64,000 bases of DNA, taken from Amoebophrya sp. A120 (Eukaryota; Protista; Dinoflagellata). Positions 60,643 through 64,000 of the stretch are shown in pieces (position 1 is the first letter of the stretch; each line of letters opens with the position of its first letter). The stretch lies in the NCBI GenBank assembly GCA_905178155.1, contig CAJINV010000013.1, forward strand, positions 114,344-178,343, written 5' to 3'. The notes beneath the pieces are model-generated. The model ran no database searches. It was not told the origin of the DNA and saw only the letters and a program-made list of their open reading frames with translations. The position numbers were made by a program, and so were the translations under genes.

Positions 60643-61679
60643 TGTCGGGCTCTGACCTCTGACACGAATGAAAACAATCAGGCGATTGATTGCCCTTGAG
60701 AAAAAAGCTCGCAACTGCCTAGCTATTGCAGAATAAAGTGGGAAAGCGCAGATGTACAAACCTGAACGTCGCTAAAAGTGGCTTATTTATCGGCGACCTT
60801 TTGTTGCAACATCATCTCCGTTCTCAAACAAAGATAGAGCAGCACGGTGGCTGAGTGTAAGTAATAATGGTGAGCGGAATATTGCTCGACTGGACGTTTT
60901 TGGGGAGAAAACTTGTTTGCAAGACACATGATGATGAATAAAACGCCTGATCACGATGTGGATGCGGGCGAGATAAATGCACAAGGATCCTTTGCTTGGG
61001 CAAAGAAATTAAGTGTTAATTATTAATAATGGATTAGGGCCTGTGCGGCGGGGAGATAGATCATGTAAAACATTGCATAACACGGGCTACAAAGAGCTGC
61101 GCATGATCAAAGCCAAACTGTAGCTTCTAGATCTATTCACCGGCCGCGGGGGCATGATCTCAGATGTTCGACATTTTTCATTCTCGATGCTTCCTTACCT
61201 CGAGAAATGACTCCAACCAGAGGACGCGCTCCGGGTGTGAAGCCTGCCATACCTCGGGCATGCACCTAGCCGACGCGCCACGGAATCAGGGTGGGAAATC
61301 GAGCAAAGACGAAACCATCTCGACAGTTTGTTTCATTTCAGTTTTCTTCCCTCGCATCAGAATTATCCACGTGCACAACTTGCGTTCAAATTTGTTCGTA
61401 GCTTCGTCTTGTTCTCTATCCTGTTGAAGTAAAACTATTATACAAGAATTGCGACTATAGAAACTGCCATCCGCTGAATGGAAATCTATCATCATCAAAG
61501 TTCTCGTTCGTATGCCGTAAGAAGCTGGTCTGAATCAGAGTTCTTGTCCTATATCGTGCAGCGCAAAGTCAAAGCTTGGTGGAAACAGATTGGACTGTAG
61601 TTTCGGCACAAGGCTGTCTGTGCCCGAACTGCGTCCATAATTCGGAACTTGCTCGTTTCTTCTTCCGTCGTCCGTGTGC

Positions 61680-64000
61680 CTAAGGAAATGGAGACGCCAA
61701 CACCCTGGCTCGACGCGCCTCCGCCGTATTGAGAAGGCAAGCATTTTCAGGATTCGTGTGAGAAGCCGGCAAGCGCAGTCGCAAAAAGTTCTCCGTTGAG
61801 CTCACGAGCTCAGTTGTCTTCCAACTGGCTTCTGGCACCGAGCTTTTCCGGCTTCGTTCGAACTTGGACCATGCTCCGTTGTAGACGCTGCACCTGTTCC
61901 TAACAAGCTCTGTGCAGTGGTGGAGGGCAAACCCGAGCATGTTTCCGACTTCAAGTGGTTCACCTACAAGATGAAAAAAAGCATGCTGCACTGCTGCTGA
62001 ATCGCGGACAAGCTTTGGCAACAAGAAGTATACTTCCGCACCCCAGCTGGTGTCACGAAGAGTTACGAGTGCATACTTTTCTGCGTCTGCAGATGATGAG
62101 AAAAAGACGGACGATTCATCCTCCGTTTCCATGTACAGGAAAAAAGTCAGACAGAATGCTTGCGTTGTCCTCAGCCCGGTCAGAATCGTGTCGTGGTCTA
62201 GATTCCGGCCACGTTGAGTGACGGCGTCAACATAGAACTCACACTGCACCAAAGGGTCGCTCTGCATCTCAGAGGGAATATCAGCCAGGTGCTGGGGGTA
62301 TTCGACTAGGGGCAAAAGTCCACGTGCACGGCGCAACTTTGTCAGTGTGTCGTGCACGACTGACGGATTATGCACTAGCTCTGCTGGAATGTCCTTGTAG
62401 CTTGCAAGCCCGAGTTGCAAGGCAGAACGAAGCAGGACATCATCGTAGCAGGCGTCTTCCTTACTAGCCATGGCGTGCTCCCAATAGGGGGTCGGGTGAA
62501 AGTACAACTCGTTCCTTTTGACCATCCAGCCATCACACCGCACAGGCGTAAAAGGGTCGGCAAGCTTTGCAGCTTGTGATATGATTTGTTCCCGCAACAA
62601 GCAGTTATGCAAAACAAAAATAAAGAAACCTATCTAACCCCACCATTCAAAATTGTGCTTGCTTGTTTTGCTTGCGGGCATAGCGAAGCGCTCGCGCTTC
62701 TAACGTGGACGGTCGAAGCGTTCGCACCTCACAGGCTGCGAATCATGCCTGGAATAGCCTTTTTTTAGAAACGAATCGCACACAAAGACCAGCGATCTGC
62801 ATTGCAAATGAAGACCAGCGCTTGACCTGTCATTTCTTTTAGCGCAGCACGGAGGCCAAGCATTCTCTTGATTCAATTTCGCGAAGCGATGTGACCAAGT
62901 GCAAGTCGTAGAAGAAAAGAGGGGAAAAATAGATACTGCCATGCATAATCGGGGTCTTTTTCGAGATATTTGTCGGCGTGCCAAAGGAATCCACCAGCGT
63001 TCAGCGCAACACGCACAAGGTCTTTGTCGCGCTTCATTGACGAGTCCACGAACTGAAGGGCTGTGCCGTCGATCGCTAGCAACGCTGCAACGTTCGACCG
63101 ATCGCGCTTGAAGTCCTCACTGGCGAACTCCAGTAGACCGGGATACGCCTTCAGAGCTCGGAGGGACAGGCTTCTCTCTCCTTTTTCCGACAGCAAAACG
63201 TCCTGCACTGCCAACTTGTCGGCATTCCAGAACACATTTGCGCAGGCTTCTTCCATTAATTCCACAACGAAAATCGGGTCCTCACGGAGATGTTGCGCAG
63301 CGAAGAGCAGGGCGTCGTGATTCTGCGCGACTGCCTCCTTGACAAGCCCTCGATCGCCTCTGATGCGGGAACTCGCGTGCTCGAGGCACAGCCCGTCCAA
63401 ACGAACGCAAGAGAGAACAATACAGTCGTCGTCGCAGACATCCTTATTGCAGAAGTCTCGAAGAACCAGGACACCGAGGTCCTCCGGAACCGAGCCAAAG
63501 GACTCTTCCTGCTGCTGCTCAAAATGTTGCGCGAGAAACTGGTTGGGCTCCGGCTCAAATTCGACATATATGTGCCCTAGCTCGTGGCAAAGCGCATTGC
63601 ATACGTGCTCCCCATCTCCACAGAAGTCGGGAACGTGAATATAGCGCTGCATTAGGCACGTGTGGCGACGCCTTGTTTGATTGTGCTTGTAGCAACTGCT
63701 AGAGCGGCTGGTGTCGTTAAAACGGAGTTGCGACAAGAGGCAACTCGAGCAAGAGCAAGGTCGCACCTGCGTCGCGATACCGCAAGGAGATTTCGTATGA
63801 ATCTGGTTGTTCCTCGTGTTGCGCACCGTATGGCCGCTCGCGCCGTCCAGAAGAAGAAGATCTTCGTGCTGTTCCAGAGAGCAGCCAACATGGGCAGTAT
63901 CGCAATCCGTGCTCATGCAGCGTTGGCGTTCGCACATCCCGCTTCCAAAGCGTTCATCTGGCAGACACTGTCCTGGAAGAAGATGCCAATCGGTCCGCAG
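61680..64000 (-). CDS. DUF4116-repeat protein, copy D (5' part outside the window)
   Basis: Shares CLMQRYIHVPDFCGDGEHVCNA and GEPLEVGN...ERSRKS motifs; intron stem at 62606-62947. Confidence 0.85.

Overview
Eukaryotic, intron-rich DNA with nearly all genes on the minus strand. The inverted-repeat-bounded non-canonical introns, DUF4116 arrays and giant SecA-like gene point to an Amoebophrya-like (Syndiniales, dinoflagellate) genome; that assignment is inference. (1) About 2.3-38.4 kb is a giant multi-exon SecA-DEAD-like gene, possibly a single gene of about 5,000 aa or more, with several isolated in-frame TAA/TAG codons. (2) One of its introns holds an ~11-kb APE-RT non-LTR retrotransposon with a single ~3,350-aa ORF, itself interrupted by a 430-bp TIR element with a 9-bp duplication. 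(3) 32424-35935 is an N-bounded variant contig, i.e. an assembly bubble. (4) A Pro/Ala-repeat protein gene lies at ~41-42.7 kb. (5) Four tandem DUF4116-repeat paralogs occupy 44-64 kb. (6) A Tc1/mariner-type MITE and a Helentron-like element are present. The main signal is at least 12 introns at 7 independent sites that share one geometry: a TAT...ATA terminal stem plus 5 nt is removed. This holds after the 5-nt direct repeat has decayed, and orthologous stems have diverged between paralogs while keeping their pairing, which suggests structure/ruler-defined splicing. All gene models come from manual reading; there are no RNA data.
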